Of a stretch of 64,000 bases of DNA, positions 50,899-63,545 are shown piece by piece. Under the pieces are notes generated by a model. That model had not been told where the DNA came from, ran no database searches, and saw only the letters and a list, made by a program, of their open reading frames with translations. The DNA is from Convolutriloba macropyga (taxonomy: Eukaryota). Numbering within the stretch: position 1 is the stretch's first letter; every line of letters starts with the position of its first letter. The DNA lies in contig NC_134478.1 of assembly GCF_964194025.1 (NCBI RefSeq), positions 9,858,001 through 9,922,000 on the forward strand, given 5' to 3'. A program made the translations under genes and the position numbers.

Positions 50899-53460
50899 TC
50901 CAAGCCTAGGGAAAACTACCCCGCTGCAAACATTTGCGAATAATTAAAAAGATGGACTTTGATAAAGATGGCGCACGTTTTTGGAAAATTAGCGGAGGTA
51001 GCCCGTACCTTTACTAACACCTAACCCCTCGAAAACTTGTGACACAAGATTCTCTGTGATAACAATTAATTTGAGCAACGGAAAAAATGATTCCGCTGGC
51101 AGATTTGAAGACAAGAAGCTTATGGATTAGATAAAAACAGAAGAGAAAAAGATTGCGAAAAAAATGGCTTTATCCATTGGCGTTTCCGCTAGTCCCCCCT
51201 AAGGGTCATTGTTGATGGTAATTCACATTGATTGAGACAGCGAAAGTTGTGTATAGCTTGCTACTTGATCTGCTTGCTGCTAATTTCTCTGCGTAAGTGG
51301 TTAGGTCAATTGAAATCGCATGATTAACAGTTTCTCTGAGTCGCTAAACTTTAACGTGAGTGATGGAAAGTTTGCGACAGACAGTATTTAAATTGCTTAC
51401 TAAATTTGACGTGGAGGAGCTTATACAGGGGCCACCAGTACCAATTTCCAAACATAAGCTCAACGTTGGTCGAACCATATGGTAAGTATCAATCGTGTCC
51501 AATAAGGTCATTGAAAGGAAACAAATCAACGTTACAAAAGCTTAAAAAACGCTGCGAATTTTCAAGGAAGGCGATTACTTTGTCGTGTTTGATCAGTATT
51601 GAGGTTAGAATGGGCTTATGATCAGACTTTATGTTACATAGGTCAGAGGCATTCATCAGATTTTGGATGTCAATTCCTCTTGAGGTGAAGATAAGATCGA
51701 GTACGTTTGAGTTCGTAGTGAGAAAGTCAATCTTCTGTTCGAGTTGCAAGCTATCCATGATATCAATGAATGATGACTCGGAGGCTTTTGGAGAACTGTT
51801 TTCCCTCCAATCAATACTAAAGTTAAAATCTCCCCAGAGAAAAGTTTTGTCACATTTATATTTGTTTAAAAACTCAAGAAGTTCTCTTTGATCTGAGTCA
51901 TTTAGTGCATTAGGACTGTTTGAAGGTCGAAGGTAAATGCAGTCAATAAGAACTTTTTGATGGCATTTGTTGTGTCACATACACAATACCAGTCACACTT
52001 GGAAGGCAAGATAAGCTGTGAAAATGAGTAAAAGAGTTTGACTGCAAGTAAAACCCCCACCATGAGTTGTACCACCTTGAGCAATGGCGGGTCGATGCGA
52101 TTGAGGACCCGCAAAATAGCTTAGAAAAAGTTCTGAGTCCGATACTTGATCCGCCAGCCATGCTTCGCAGAGAGCCAGAACATCGATCATGTTCGCCAGA
52201 CCAAATTGGGAGCTTTTTACGCTTTGTTCCATTTAAAGGACTTCTTGAGTTGAAGTGAAGTATATTTTTGGGACTTTTAACAGTAATCTCTGAAGAGTCA
52301 AAATTTTAGGTTGACTTCTTAATCTTCCACGTACAGCTTGAGATTGCGGATTTTAATTTTTTCACTGGTATATCCATGGTCTAGAAGTTCTCTTCGCTTC
52401 TTCGGTGCTTTGATTTGAATCTCCTGTTCTTCTTTACTTAAAGACCGTTTGGATCTATTCTGTTTCGCCCCCAGTGTTTTTTACGCCCCCCATTTACAAA
52501 TTATATAATGTCTTATAGCACGTTACTATGTAAAACATGGCACGTGCGCCCTGGGGGCGTAAAAAATATACGGCCAACTCAGCTGGGGGCCGAAACAAAA
52601 TAGATCCGACCGTTCAATCAATATACCATGTGCAGCAGTTTCTTTTGGGAAATCTTTGAGCTTTGAGGCACAAGCTAACAGTTTCTGTGCAACCAGCTCA
52701 TATTTCAGCTTAACGAGTACTGTTAAAAGCTCCAAGTCGAAGAAACGTTTCAATTTCGCGTTAACACAACCGAAGTGATTTAATATTTCAGTAAGCTGGT
52801 AATCGTTCTTTCTAGGTTTGGCTGATTTTCCTGTAGGGAGCTCGGGTATCCCAGAAAATTTTATTTCAAACTCACGGTCGTTTTGATTACTGGCATTTAC
52901 TTTTGTTGAGTTTACTAGTGCATCTCTGTAGTTGGTCGGGTTTGGAGTTTCTGATCGATCCGAGAAATTGCGCTTAACGTCATGCTGAATGTCGTTCAGT
53001 TGCTTAGTGATCGTTTCAAAGCTAGTCTGAGAGCTGTCATTGTCTCGAAGTCTGGCGACCAGTTCTCGGACCAAACACGACATATTTTCCTTCTTTTTTT
53101 TTGCTCAGGAATTTGTTCAGCTCATCGTCAGATGCTTGTAATACTTCGGGAACAGTAGGGTACTAGTTGTTGTCTACAGATCCAAAGCCTGTTCTTAACT
53201 TGGAAGAATTCTCACTACCAGACATACTTGAGGATTATTGACGGTTAGGGAGAATTGGAGAGATAAATTTTGATAGTATGTAAATCGAAGAAAAAGGAAA
53301 AAGAAAGAAAACGAGGCAGCAAGGTTTCCTAGCTTGGAGCAATGATGAGCGAAATAACTTAGGCTCAGTGCGTAAGCAAAGAAATCTTTTGCCAAGGGAT
53401 GGGCAGAGAAAAACGGAGAAAATAGGAAAATAACGAACGAAAAGAAAGGAAAAAAATATT
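49425..53460 (-). mobile_element. Decayed near full-length CR1/L2-group LINE (ORF1, APE endonuclease, RT, (AAT)n tail); duplicated 3' part at 47505-48987
   Basis: ORF1 remnant REFEIKFSGIPE; APE GDFNF, NVLDLIFTS, SDHKPI; RT YRLVSLL, QFGFRRG, DIVYTDFGKAFDRV, SGVPQG, LFADD, YLGV; many stops and frameshifts. 5' boundary approximate. Confidence 0.9.
52451..52607. mobile_element. MITE (157 bp) inserted in LINE ORF1
   Basis: TIR ggatctatt / aatagatcc; flanks gaccgttt / gaccgttc. Confidence 0.88.
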
Positions 53461-53971
53461 TCAATGTGGATTTGGAGGCAAATTATGTTACACGGACATT
53501 AAATTGCGATTGTAGTCCTCATAAGAATTTCCTCGCAAGGAACTCAGTTTTCACCGAATCGAGTTCGCAAATTTCTACTGGGTACCATCATCACAATCAA
53601 ATCATCTCAAGGAACTGTACTTACTGTAGAGCTTTGAGTTAACTTGCTGCAGAGCTGAAATCAGCTGAAATTTCTCCAGACTGATTAACTCATCTCCTTT
53701 TACTACTTAAACTGATCAAATAATGAAAAACAAATTAATCCAAAGTTAGGTAGCAAAAAGGAGAGCTGGTTATTGAAAACGCGTATTCCATACAATGACA
53801 AAATAGCCTTCGCTTAATTGATGTAGTCTATCGTGTGAATATGGAAATAGCATGAGAAAAAACGAGGGAACGGTGAATGCTGGCAAAAGTATTGGGTTAA
53901 AAAAATAGATTGCTGAAAACAGCGTCATAGCAGAAACAAATTAGACGAGATTTTATCAGAACTCATCTAAC

Positions 53972-54626
53972 CTTGCATTGTTTCCAATTTCCTGTAGCTT
54001 TCCCCTCCATCAAGACATTAAGATGGCCGATCTTTAATGTCTCCCTGCTAGGTATGACTCCCATAACGGTCTTTTTGACTAAGAAGTCTTCATCACCTGA
54101 ACAGAAAGTAAAAAATTCCTGTGCTTTACGGGATTTATTAAAGTCTGCTATGACATAAGAAAAACAATGTAAATTAAAATGTTACCATGGTTTTCAATCT
54201 CGTGGCTGACTGGTCCCTGATTTGGTAGAAGAAACTCGTCGTGATTTTCAATGGCACCAAATAATGTAGTCTCCTATTAATAGTCAAACATATAAATTAA
54301 ACAATGTAAAGTCAAAATCATTGTTGAAAAGAGATCACTTAATTTATTTGCTAGATTGAAGCACCTAATTAGGCACGTTGCCAGTATACAGGACTAGTTT
54401 TAATGCAAAGAAACTCACATATCTACTAGTCAGGCCGTCGTCATAGTTACGGAAGTCGTGATTTCTAAAAGAGCAGCGTCGTTACATCACAAGAAAAATT
54501 TTCTAACATATGCAATAGAAGGATTAAAATCATGTACATTTTTTCAACTGCTTGTATGTCGTCCACTGTTGAACTTTCGATCAAACCAGCCAGCTCCTGC
54601 AACTCTCTTTTTATGTCAATATCCAT
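53972..54626 (-). CDS. First four coding exons (54538-54626, 54419-54464, 54186-54273, 53972-54096) of a probable PH-domain protein
   Basis: All GT-AG junctions splice in frame to MDIDIKRELQELAGLIESS...ETLKIGHLNVLMEGKATGNWKQCK; the K-x-G-x-L...W-K pattern resembles the first strands of a PH domain (inference). Downstream exons not resolved. Confidence 0.65.
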
Positions 54627-54992
54627 GCTACTAAATGATAATTTGCATAATTCAAGTCAACTGAAAAAAGCTAATATAATGAACAGCAACAGAAATATAA
54701 TGAAATATTTTGATGATAAAAAGGTGCATAAGGTACATTAAAAAACTATTGCTTCCGTAGTTCCTTGTATCTTTGCCTTAATGCACCATTTACAGTTAAA
54801 TTAAAATTCCGTAATCAAGTTGAATAAAACATATTTTTTATTAAACTATTTTAAGAAAACCGAACCGTAGTTTGTTATGAATTAGAAAATAATAATGTTT
54901 GATTAAGAAATTTATAACATATAACATTAACCAAGTGGTTATTTTAATTTACATATTTCAGATTTAAATAAAGAAATAGTAACAGAAACGTC

Positions 54993-55138
54993 GTTATGCG
55001 CCCCCCCCCCAGTTACAGAGCACGTGCCATTACATAGTAAATCAATATGTAAAAATATGGTACATGCGTCTGGGGGATGCAAATAATATGCGCCCACTAA
55101 GCTGGGGGGGGGGGGGGGGGGACAAACGGAAAAGATCC
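54993..55138. mobile_element. MITE lacking its left TIR
   Basis: Family core cccactaagctgggg and right TIR acaaacggaaaagatcc; flanks gaaacgtc / taaacgtc. Confidence 0.8.
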
Positions 55139-55429
55139 TAAACGTCTGATAACATAAACGTTTGGTAAGTATCCAAAAAATACTTCTAGTTCAGTGACGA
55201 CAAAACCATCATCAGTAAACCAATGGATTACGCATATAAGGGCCTCAATATGGAATATGAGTGTACTGTAAGCGATATATTTCCTTTTACTCGGAATACT
55301 GCTGCATGATCATATCATCATAAGTTAACAAATAGCCAGAGGGCATTGTTCTCAAAGTACTACTAAAAGTTTATAGTTCGTTCCTTTAAGGGTCCCCATC
55401 TTCACTTAGTCCTGATTCATTTTTCAGTG

Positions 55430-55880
55430 TATAATACTAGATAGAATAAATGCTGTTTGCTTCCAGGAAAGCTATGTGGCAAAGCAATCATGTACACTAT
55501 CACCTTTTGTATGGAGCAAGGTAGTTAGTCATTTTCTTTCACCAGGTGATTCGTTTGCCGCTGATGGTTCTAACCTTTTGTCGAGGATTGAAGGAGTGGT
55601 CTGCGCACGGGCGTTTCTGGAGGAAGTCTGACACGAAGAATCGTAGTCTTCTTTTAGCAGTCACTTCGGACCACGGTTGTGTGTTGAACTTTCTTTATAG
55701 GTAAAAGAAACCATTTAATTTGTCAAATTAAAATTACTTCGATATTTAAAACAAAGGTTTCGAACTTTACGTTCATCGTCAGGTTAAAACTGTTTCACAA
55801 ATTGTTAAAGATAAAATGAATATGTATTTACATTTGTCTGAGACCACAATTAAAACAATTCTAGAAACTATTCTAAATAT
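55430..55880. repeat. Old local duplication, partner blocks at about 61145-61215 and 61670-61830
   Basis: ctagatagaata.atg...ttccaggaaagctat...tgtacactatca and taatttgtcaaattaaaa...tttgtctgagaccacaat occur at both places. Confidence 0.7.
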
Positions 55881-56114
55881 ATTTAATCGAAAATCTAGGT
55901 CTTAATTTCTCGCACGGTCCATCAGGCGTATTGATAGGAATGTTCGGAGGAATGTTCTTTGGGAGTATATCAATTTTCATTTTTCTCTTTGCTGCAAGAG
56001 ATTTTTTATGCAAATATTAAACATGCGCTTGAAATTTGGAAAGCTTTACACAACGAAATCTTCACTTACTCCTGATTAATTTTAAGTTTATAATGTAGAT
56101 ATAAAAATCAAGCA

Positions 56115-58539
56115 CTTACCGAAGCTTTTCAATGCTGTCAAGGCAAAGCACGTATGGTCCTGGGCGACGACTTCAATTGCAGACTTGACTCATCCGAAAG
56201 AGGCAACTCACTTTGCGAATTTTTAATTAATTGGAATCTTCATTGTGTTAACGATATTAAAGAGGTAACGTACGAATTTCAGTACGGTAAAAGCGTTATC
56301 GATTTATTTTTCGTAAGCAAGGAACTCCTAGAACATTTTAACGAGATAAAGATCAACAATTCATTGTTAACAGCACAAGCCGGTTTCTTGCTGCTTTGAT
56401 CTAAAACACAGACAAGATATAGCTGAAAGCAGAAAGAAGCAAATGCGTAAATTTGATATTGAACAATTGAACGAACGAATGAAAAGCGTTCAAAATCCAC
56501 ACGATAACAACGCATTGGACACATCGTATGACGAATTCGCCAAGGCTATTCAAGAATCGGCAACCGTTATGCATGAAAGAAAATCACCGAAATGGTTCAA
56601 AAGAGAACTGTACATATTGCACAAGCAGCTGAAAGCTGGATACAGACAGACATAAAGCAGATTGTGATTACTTTAAAATGAAAAGAGCCTTTAAGAAACT
56701 TTGCAGAAAACACAAACTGATGCATGAAATAGATCGCGAAAGTTTCATAATCAGAAAAGCGGAATCGGAAAGGCGAGAATTTTGGAAAATTCTGAAATCA
56801 AAGAAAGTTTTAACAAAAGTATCTGGAATTACAATTCCAGTTTTGGAATCATATTTCGAAGGTCTATTTAAAGCTGAGGGCGAAATATCGGATAAACTTC
56901 TAGACGAGCAAAACTTAGGAAACCACGATTATTGTTTTTCAAACTGGAAATATACCGGGTATTTGAATGATCCAATAACACTGGAAGAAATTACCGATGA
57001 AGCTTCAAAGTTAAAAGCTGGTAAGGCAGCGGGACCAGATGGAATAACCAACACTAGTATTAAATTAGGTTTTCATCCAATGCAAAGATACGTATTCCAT
57101 TTGTTTAACCTCTGCTTTGCGGAGCATAATGTACCCCGAATTTGGAAGTTATCATATATTAAACCACTGTACAAAGGCAAAGGGAGCAAAGCAGAACCAA
57201 GTTCCTACAGAGGCATTAGCCTATTATGTTGCATGTACAAGTTGTTCACGGGTATCATTTACCAGCGTTTGCGATCATGGGTCGAGAAAAATCAAATTTT
57301 ACCACCAAGCCAATATGGTTTTAGACGCAAACTGTCAACAATCGACGCAGTTTCGCACTTAAAAAGAGCAATCAAGCATAACATCAGCTGCAGTGGCAAA
57401 TACTATGCCTGCTTCATTGACTACGAATAAGCTTTCGACTTCGTGAATAGGAACCTGCTGCTTACAAAACTGATCAAAATGGGGCTCCATGGGAACATTC
57501 TACACACAATAAAATCAGTGCTAAAATGCAACTTTCAACAGATCCTTGATGGAGAATTCCTGTCAAACGAGATTGAACAGAAAACAGGAGTAGCACAAGG
57601 AGACAAACTTTCACCACTCTTGTTTAGTTTATTCATAGCTGATTTTTTTTTTGAGTTGAAATGCAAGGGTCTAGATGTTATATTTTACGCTGATGACTTA
57701 GTACTTGGGAGCCATAGCCAAGGCCAACTACAAAAAAGTTTGAATAATCTGAACACGTATTGTAGCAGGAATTATTTGAAAATTAATGTAAACAAGACAA
57801 AATGCATGAAATTTAGAAGAGGTGGCCGTTTAGCTGTCGATGACAAATTCTATATATCGAAAAAAGAAGTTGAATTTGCTAACACCTTCTGTTATCTAGG
57901 TGTAATTTTTTCGAGCACGTTATCTCCCAGTCATCATCTAAGCCATCTAATGAACAAAGCTTATCAATCAGTAGCTTCAATAAACCAGAAACTAAATCTG
58001 CAGAAAGTCAACTTCATTTCAGCACAACAACTCTTTAATTCAATTGTTTTTCCAGCCTCAACTTACGGATTAGAGACGTACATCGATGAACTTTTTGAAA
58101 TAGATATAAAACAACATTACCGGAAATCAGAAGCCGTTTTTTGGAAAAGTTGGTGCGGAGTAAGCAAGTACACCTCAACCACAACGCTTTTAAACAAATT
58201 GATGTTTCATGATATACACGGACTGAAGGACTGCCCGCCAAAACACAGGAGAATAATTGCAAAATTCTATGCCAATGGACTGCACAATAATTTTTGTTGT
58301 ATGGAAGGTTGTTATCAATGGGAAGAAAACTTATGTGTGTGCAGATTTTGCGAAAGAACTCTTTTGTCAACAGACCATATTCTTCATTGTAGTCACTTTT
58401 TAAATTTGACACCTTTACAGAAGTTCTGAAAACTCTTAAACAGTTAAATTTAATGCTCATTTCTGAATCTGTAAGTAATTTGGACAATTTCTCAGTGTGA
58501 TCTGATGTTTAATTCAATCTTCTTCTCTTCTTCTTCTTC
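56115..58539 (+). mobile_element. 5'-truncated non-LTR retrotransposon (APE-RT-C-terminal Cys/His motif; RTE-X/L2-like, clade uncertain), disabled; copy 1
   Basis: GDDFNCR, SVIDLFF, KAAGPDGI, YRGISLL, QYGFRR, FIDYE*AFD, GVAQGDKLSPLLF, FYADD, YLGV, CRFC...DHILHC; (TTC)n tail. Confidence 0.92.
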
Positions 58540-58552
58540 ATAATGTAGATAG

Positions 58553-59440
58553 TTCATAGCTGACTTATATGTTGAGTTTATATGCAAGGGGCTAAACATT
58601 ATATTTTACGCTGATAACTTAGTACTTTGGAGTAATAGCCAATGCTAACTACAAAATTTGAATAATCTGATCACGTACTGTAAACGAACTATTTAAAAAT
58701 CAATGTTAACAAGACAAAATGCATGAAATTCGGAAGAGGTGGCCATTCAGCTGTCGATGAAAACCTCTATACATCGAAAAGAGAAGTTGAAATTACACCG
58801 TCTGTTATCTAGGTGTAACTTTTACGAGCCTATCCCCCAGTCATCATCTAGAGCATCTAATGAACAACGTTTATCAGTCAGTAGCTTCAATAAACAAAAA
58901 ACTAAATCTGCAGAACTTCAACTCAACATCTTTTCAATTTAATTGAATCGTTTTTCCAGCCTCAAATTACGGACTAGAGACGTACGTCGATGAACTTTTG
59001 AAATCGAAATGAAACAAAATTATCGGAAAATAGAAGCCGTTTTTTGGAAAAGTTGGTGCGGAGTAAGCAAATACACCTCAACCACAACGCCTTTAAACAG
59101 ATTGATGTTTCATGATATACACGGACTGAAGGACTGCCCGCCAAAACACAGGAGAATAATTGCAAAGTTCTATGCCAATGGACTGCACAATAATTTTTGT
59201 TGTATGGAAGGTTGTTATCATTGGGAGGAAAACTTATGTGTGTGCAGATTTTGCGAAAGAACTCTTTTATCAACAGACCATATTCTTTATTGTAGTCACT
59301 TTTTAAATTTGACACTTTTACAGAAGTTCTATAAACTCTTAAACAATTAAATTTAATGTTTATTTTTTGAATCTGTAAACAATTTGGACAATTTGTCAGT
59401 GTGATCTGATGCTTAATTAAATGTTATTCTTCTTCTTCTT
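58553..59440 (+). mobile_element. LINE 3' fragment, copy 2 (tandem)
   Basis: Matches 57631-58539 with frameshifts; ends in (TTC)n. Confidence 0.9.
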
Positions 59441-59453
59441 ATAATGTAGATAG

Positions 59454-60004
59454 AAGAAGAAGACGAAGAAGATTGAATTAAGCATCAGATTACACTGACA
59501 AATTGTCCAAATTTCTTACAGATTCAGAAATAAACACTAAACTTAATTGTTTAAGACTTTAAGAGTTTATAAAACTTTTGTAGAGGTGTCAAATTTAAAA
59601 AGTGACTACAATAAAGAGCATGATCTGCTGATAAGAGAGTTTTTTCGCAAAATCTGCACACATAGGTTTTCCTCCCATTGGTAACAACCTTCCATACAAC
59701 AAAAATTATTGTGCAATCCATTGGCAAAGAACTTGGCAATTATTCTCCTGTGTTTTGGCGGGCAGTCTTTTAATCCATGTATATCATGAAACATCAATCT
59801 GTTAAAAAGCGTTGTGGTTGAGGTGTATTTGCTTACTCCGCACCAACTTTTCCAAAAAACGGCTTTTGTTTTCCGGTAATGTTGTTTTATTTCTATTTCA
59901 AAAAGTTCATCGACGTACGTCTCTAATCGGTAAGTTGAAGCTGTAAAAACAATTGAATTGAAGAGTTGTTGTGCTGAATTGAAGTTGACTTTATGCAGAT
60001 TTAG
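59454..60004 (-). mobile_element. LINE 3' fragment, copy 3 (inverted, tail-to-tail with copy 2)
   Basis: Minus-strand peptide VFWKSWCGVSKYTSTTTL; (GAA)n tail at 59454-59471. Confidence 0.9.
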
Positions 60005-60022
60005 ATAGGAATTTGTATATAG

Positions 60023-60124
60023 GAAAATAAGGTGGATACGAACATAATGTAGATAGGAACATAATGTAGATAGGAACATAATGTAGATAGGAACATAATG
60101 TAGATATGAACATAATGTAGATAG
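60023..60124 (+). repeat. 17-bp minisatellite (GAACATAATGTAGATAG) x5 plus a degenerate unit
   Basis: Units start at 60040, 60057, 60074, 60091, 60108. Confidence 0.95.
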
Positions 60125-61142
60125 GAAAATGCTACTCACAAAACAATCAGTGCTAAAAATCAACATCCAGCAGATCCTTGATGAAGAATTCCAGCCAAAT
60201 AAGGTTGGACAGTAAACAGGATTAGCACAAGGAGACAAACTCTCATCAATTTTGTTAAGTTTAATTATAGCTGACTTATATCTTGAGTTTAAATGCAAGG
60301 GGCTAGATGTTATATTTTACGCTGATGACTTAGTACTTTGGAGTAATAGCCAATGCCAACTACAAAATTTGAATAATCTGATCACGTACTGTAAACTAAC
60401 TATTTAAAAATCAATGATAACAAGACAAAATGCATAAAATTTGGAAGAGGTGGCCGTTCAGCTGTCGATGAAAACCTCTATACATCGAAAAGAGAAGTTG
60501 AAATTACACCGTCTGTTATCTAGGTGTAACTTTTACGAGCACATCCCCCAGTCATCATCTAGAGCGTCTAATGAACAACGTTTATCAGTCAGTAGATTCA
60601 ATAAACAAAAAACTAAATCTGCAGAACGTCAACTTCAACTCAATATCTTTTCAATTTAATCGAATCGTTTTTCCAGCCTCAAATTACGGACTAGAGACGT
60701 ACGTCGATGATCTTTTTGAAATCGAAATGAAACAAAATTATCGGAAAATAGAAGCCGTTTTTTGGAAAAGTTGGTGCGGAGTAAGCAAATACACCTCAAC
60801 CACAACGCTTTTTAACAGATTGATATTTCATGATATACATGGATTAAAAGACTGCCCGCCAAAACACAGGAGAATAATTGCCAAGTTCTTTGCCAATGGA
60901 TTGCTCAATAATTTTTGTTGTATGAAAGTTTGTTACGAATGAGAGAAAAAGTTATGTGTGTACAGAATTTGCAAGAGAACTCTTTTATCAACCGACCATA
61001 TTCTTTATTGTAGTCACTTAAAGTTGACATCTACACAAAAGTTCTATAAACTCATGAACAATCAAATTTTATGTTTATTTCTGAATCTGTTCATAATTTC
61101 GACAATTTGTCAATGTGATCTGATGCTAATTCAACCTTCTTC
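60125..61142 (+). mobile_element. LINE 3' fragment, copy 4
   Basis: Matches about 57450-58525 with a small internal deletion. Confidence 0.9.
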
Positions 61143-61229
61143 GTATATTACTAGATAGAATAGATGTAGTATGGTTCCAGGAAAGCTATCAGGTAAAGCA
61201 ATGTACACTATCATTTTTTGTTATCTGGG

Positions 61230-61650
61230 AGTCATTCTGGAACAATAGATGTTTTTTGACCAGTATGAGCTGGAATAGTGTCCCCCCAAACACAGTGATC
61301 TCAATGTTTTATTGAAACTGTCTGCACAACCATTTCTGCCGCAAGGAAGGCTGGGAGCTCTCATTTTAGCACACCCCCCAGCTTAGAGGTCAGATAACCC
61401 ATAGCAGCCCTCCCAAAAAGATTAATTATATCAAAATTGGGGTCAATAATTTTATGCGGAGCTGTTATGGGAAAGAACCAAAGGCCAATGCAAATGCCAG
61501 GAAAACTTGTGCGTCCAACTGCAAATTTTGTGAAAAATTATTTTATCAGATAATCATATACTTTATTGCGCTTCAATTTTAAAAGCGTCATCACTTCAAA
61601 AGTTCTAAAAATTGAATTAAACAATTATACTCTGTAAATAGTTGGCATTT
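61230..61650 (+). mobile_element. Very decayed LINE 3' remnant interrupted by a degenerate MITE (about 61360-61480) of the 22542 family
   Basis: ccccaaacaca...gtgatc...gaaactgt.tgcacaac shared with 63257-63309; ccccccagcttag.ggtcagataacc.atagca...atgggaaaga.cc matches the MITE. Confidence 0.55.
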
Positions 61651-62599
61651 TAAACGATGTAGAAGAAACTAATTTGTCAAATTAAAAATAATTCTGATAT
61701 TTAAACAAACGCTTTCAAACTTTACTTTCATCGTCAGCTAAAAATTTTCGCAAATTGTTAAATATTAAAATGAAAATCTATTTGTCTGAGACCACAATCT
61801 AAACAATACTAGAACCTATCTTAAAAAATAAATTGAATATTTTTCCATATATACATTGTTTAGCCTATTTACAACTCATATTTACATCTGTTATCAATTC
61901 CTTTTCAAACGTTCCTATAAAGGATTTTTCGATTCTGCCACGTTTTTGCTTTTCTAGGGTAATTCCGATTGTTTATACTATATGTAAATCTGTCTGTGGT
62001 ATCAGACGTTCAGTTCAATTTTCTTCTTCTATGTTTCCAGAAAGGATCCAGAAAAATTTTGGAAAGGACCAGTGTTTTTTGAATATCGGAAAAAATATCG
62101 AATCACTCAAGAAAACTATGTAATCGTAAAATCATAATCTTTTGAAAAAGATTTCCGGGGCATACGATAATCGAAGCAGTTGACTGCTAGATGGATACAA
62201 ATTGCAGTTAAGCTTGGGAGGCGTATTTCAAAGGAATATATGGGGCTAAAACAACAATCCCACAAAAACAACTTTTCCATTAGCGCAAGTTTTGGGGAAC
62301 CATGATTACGCTTTCTTCAAATGAATGTGTTTGTCCTAAATACCCAACTTACACTAATTGAAGGGTCGAAAAGCAGCAACGATATCCTATAGAAAAACTA
62401 GTTTGAAATTTTTTAGAAAATGTTCACGGGAATAATTTATCAACGTCTGCAAATGTGGACAGAAAACTGAGGAGTAATACCGCCAAGCCAAAACGGTTTT
62501 CTTCGTGGCCTGTCGACAAGACATGCGGCCTCCCATCTCAAAGAAGCAATCAAATTGAACGTGATACAATGTGAAAAGTTGTGCGCACGCTTAATTGAT

Positions 62600-63545
62600 T
62601 TTGAAATGACATTTGATCGGATTCTGTTGATAGAAAAAAAATTGTTAAAATGGAGCTCCGTGGGAACATTCTAACAACATTGCAAGGAGTAATTAGGTTT
62701 AACATGCAACAAGATTTGGATAAGGAAACGCCATTAGAAGAAATAAAACAATAAATTGGTTTTTCACCTTTACTTTGTGGTCTTTTTACTGCTGATCTAT
62801 ACTACGAGTTGAAAGGCGATGAATTAGTAATAATTATCTATGCGAACGAACTAGTACTCGGTAACAACATAAGTTTTTATTTACAGCAAAGTAGTGTTCT
62901 AAAAACGATTTCAAAATTAACATCTCAAAAGCGATCACATTCAGAAGAGGAGGTCGACTAGCAAAAGAACACTTTTTCTATTTTGGTAAAGGAATCATGT
63001 AGACTAATACTTTTGTTATCTAAGAGTCACCTTTGCAATTTTCTTATCAACAAGACACCATTTAAACCACTTAGTTAACAAACCCCATCAAGCCGTTCCA
63101 AACCTTAATCGAAAACTCAACTTGCGGAAAACCAGCTTTAATTCTTCACATCGTCTGTTGAATTCAGTTGTTTTTCGGGCGGCATCATATGGCCTCAACA
63201 CTAACACTGACGAAACAACTGATGTTCATTGACTAGAACGGGCTGAAAGATTGTTTCCCCCAAACACAGAAGAGTGATCGCAGTGTTTTATGGAAACTGT
63301 ATGCACAACAAATTGGAAGGTTGTTACAAGTGGGAGGAAAGTTGTCCGTCTGCAGATTTTGTGAAGAGACTGTTTTAAACAGATGATCATATACATTATT
63401 GCGCTTCTTTTTTTAAACTATCACCACTTCGCAAGTCTTAAAAACTCACAAAAAGAATGAAACAACTACACTCCATAAATATAATTCGCGTTGTAAATAC
63501 CATATGTATATCTCTGACGTTCAACTTATTTCAATATTCTTCTTC
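62600..63545 (+). mobile_element. Older, more diverged 3' fragment of the same LINE lineage (copy 5)
   Basis: aaaatggagctccgtgggaacattcta, ttcagaagaggaggtcgactagc, ggaaggttgttacaagtgggagg, ttcttcttc tail. Confidence 0.8.

Noticed and set aside
60023-60124. CRISPR or telomeric repeat
   Set aside because: Contiguous 17-mers without spacers; not a G-rich telomere motif and internal to a LINE cluster.
59454-61142. Twin-priming 5' inversion of a single LINE insertion
   Set aside because: The inverted piece includes its own 3' tail and overlaps the same LINE region as its neighbours, unlike twin-priming products.
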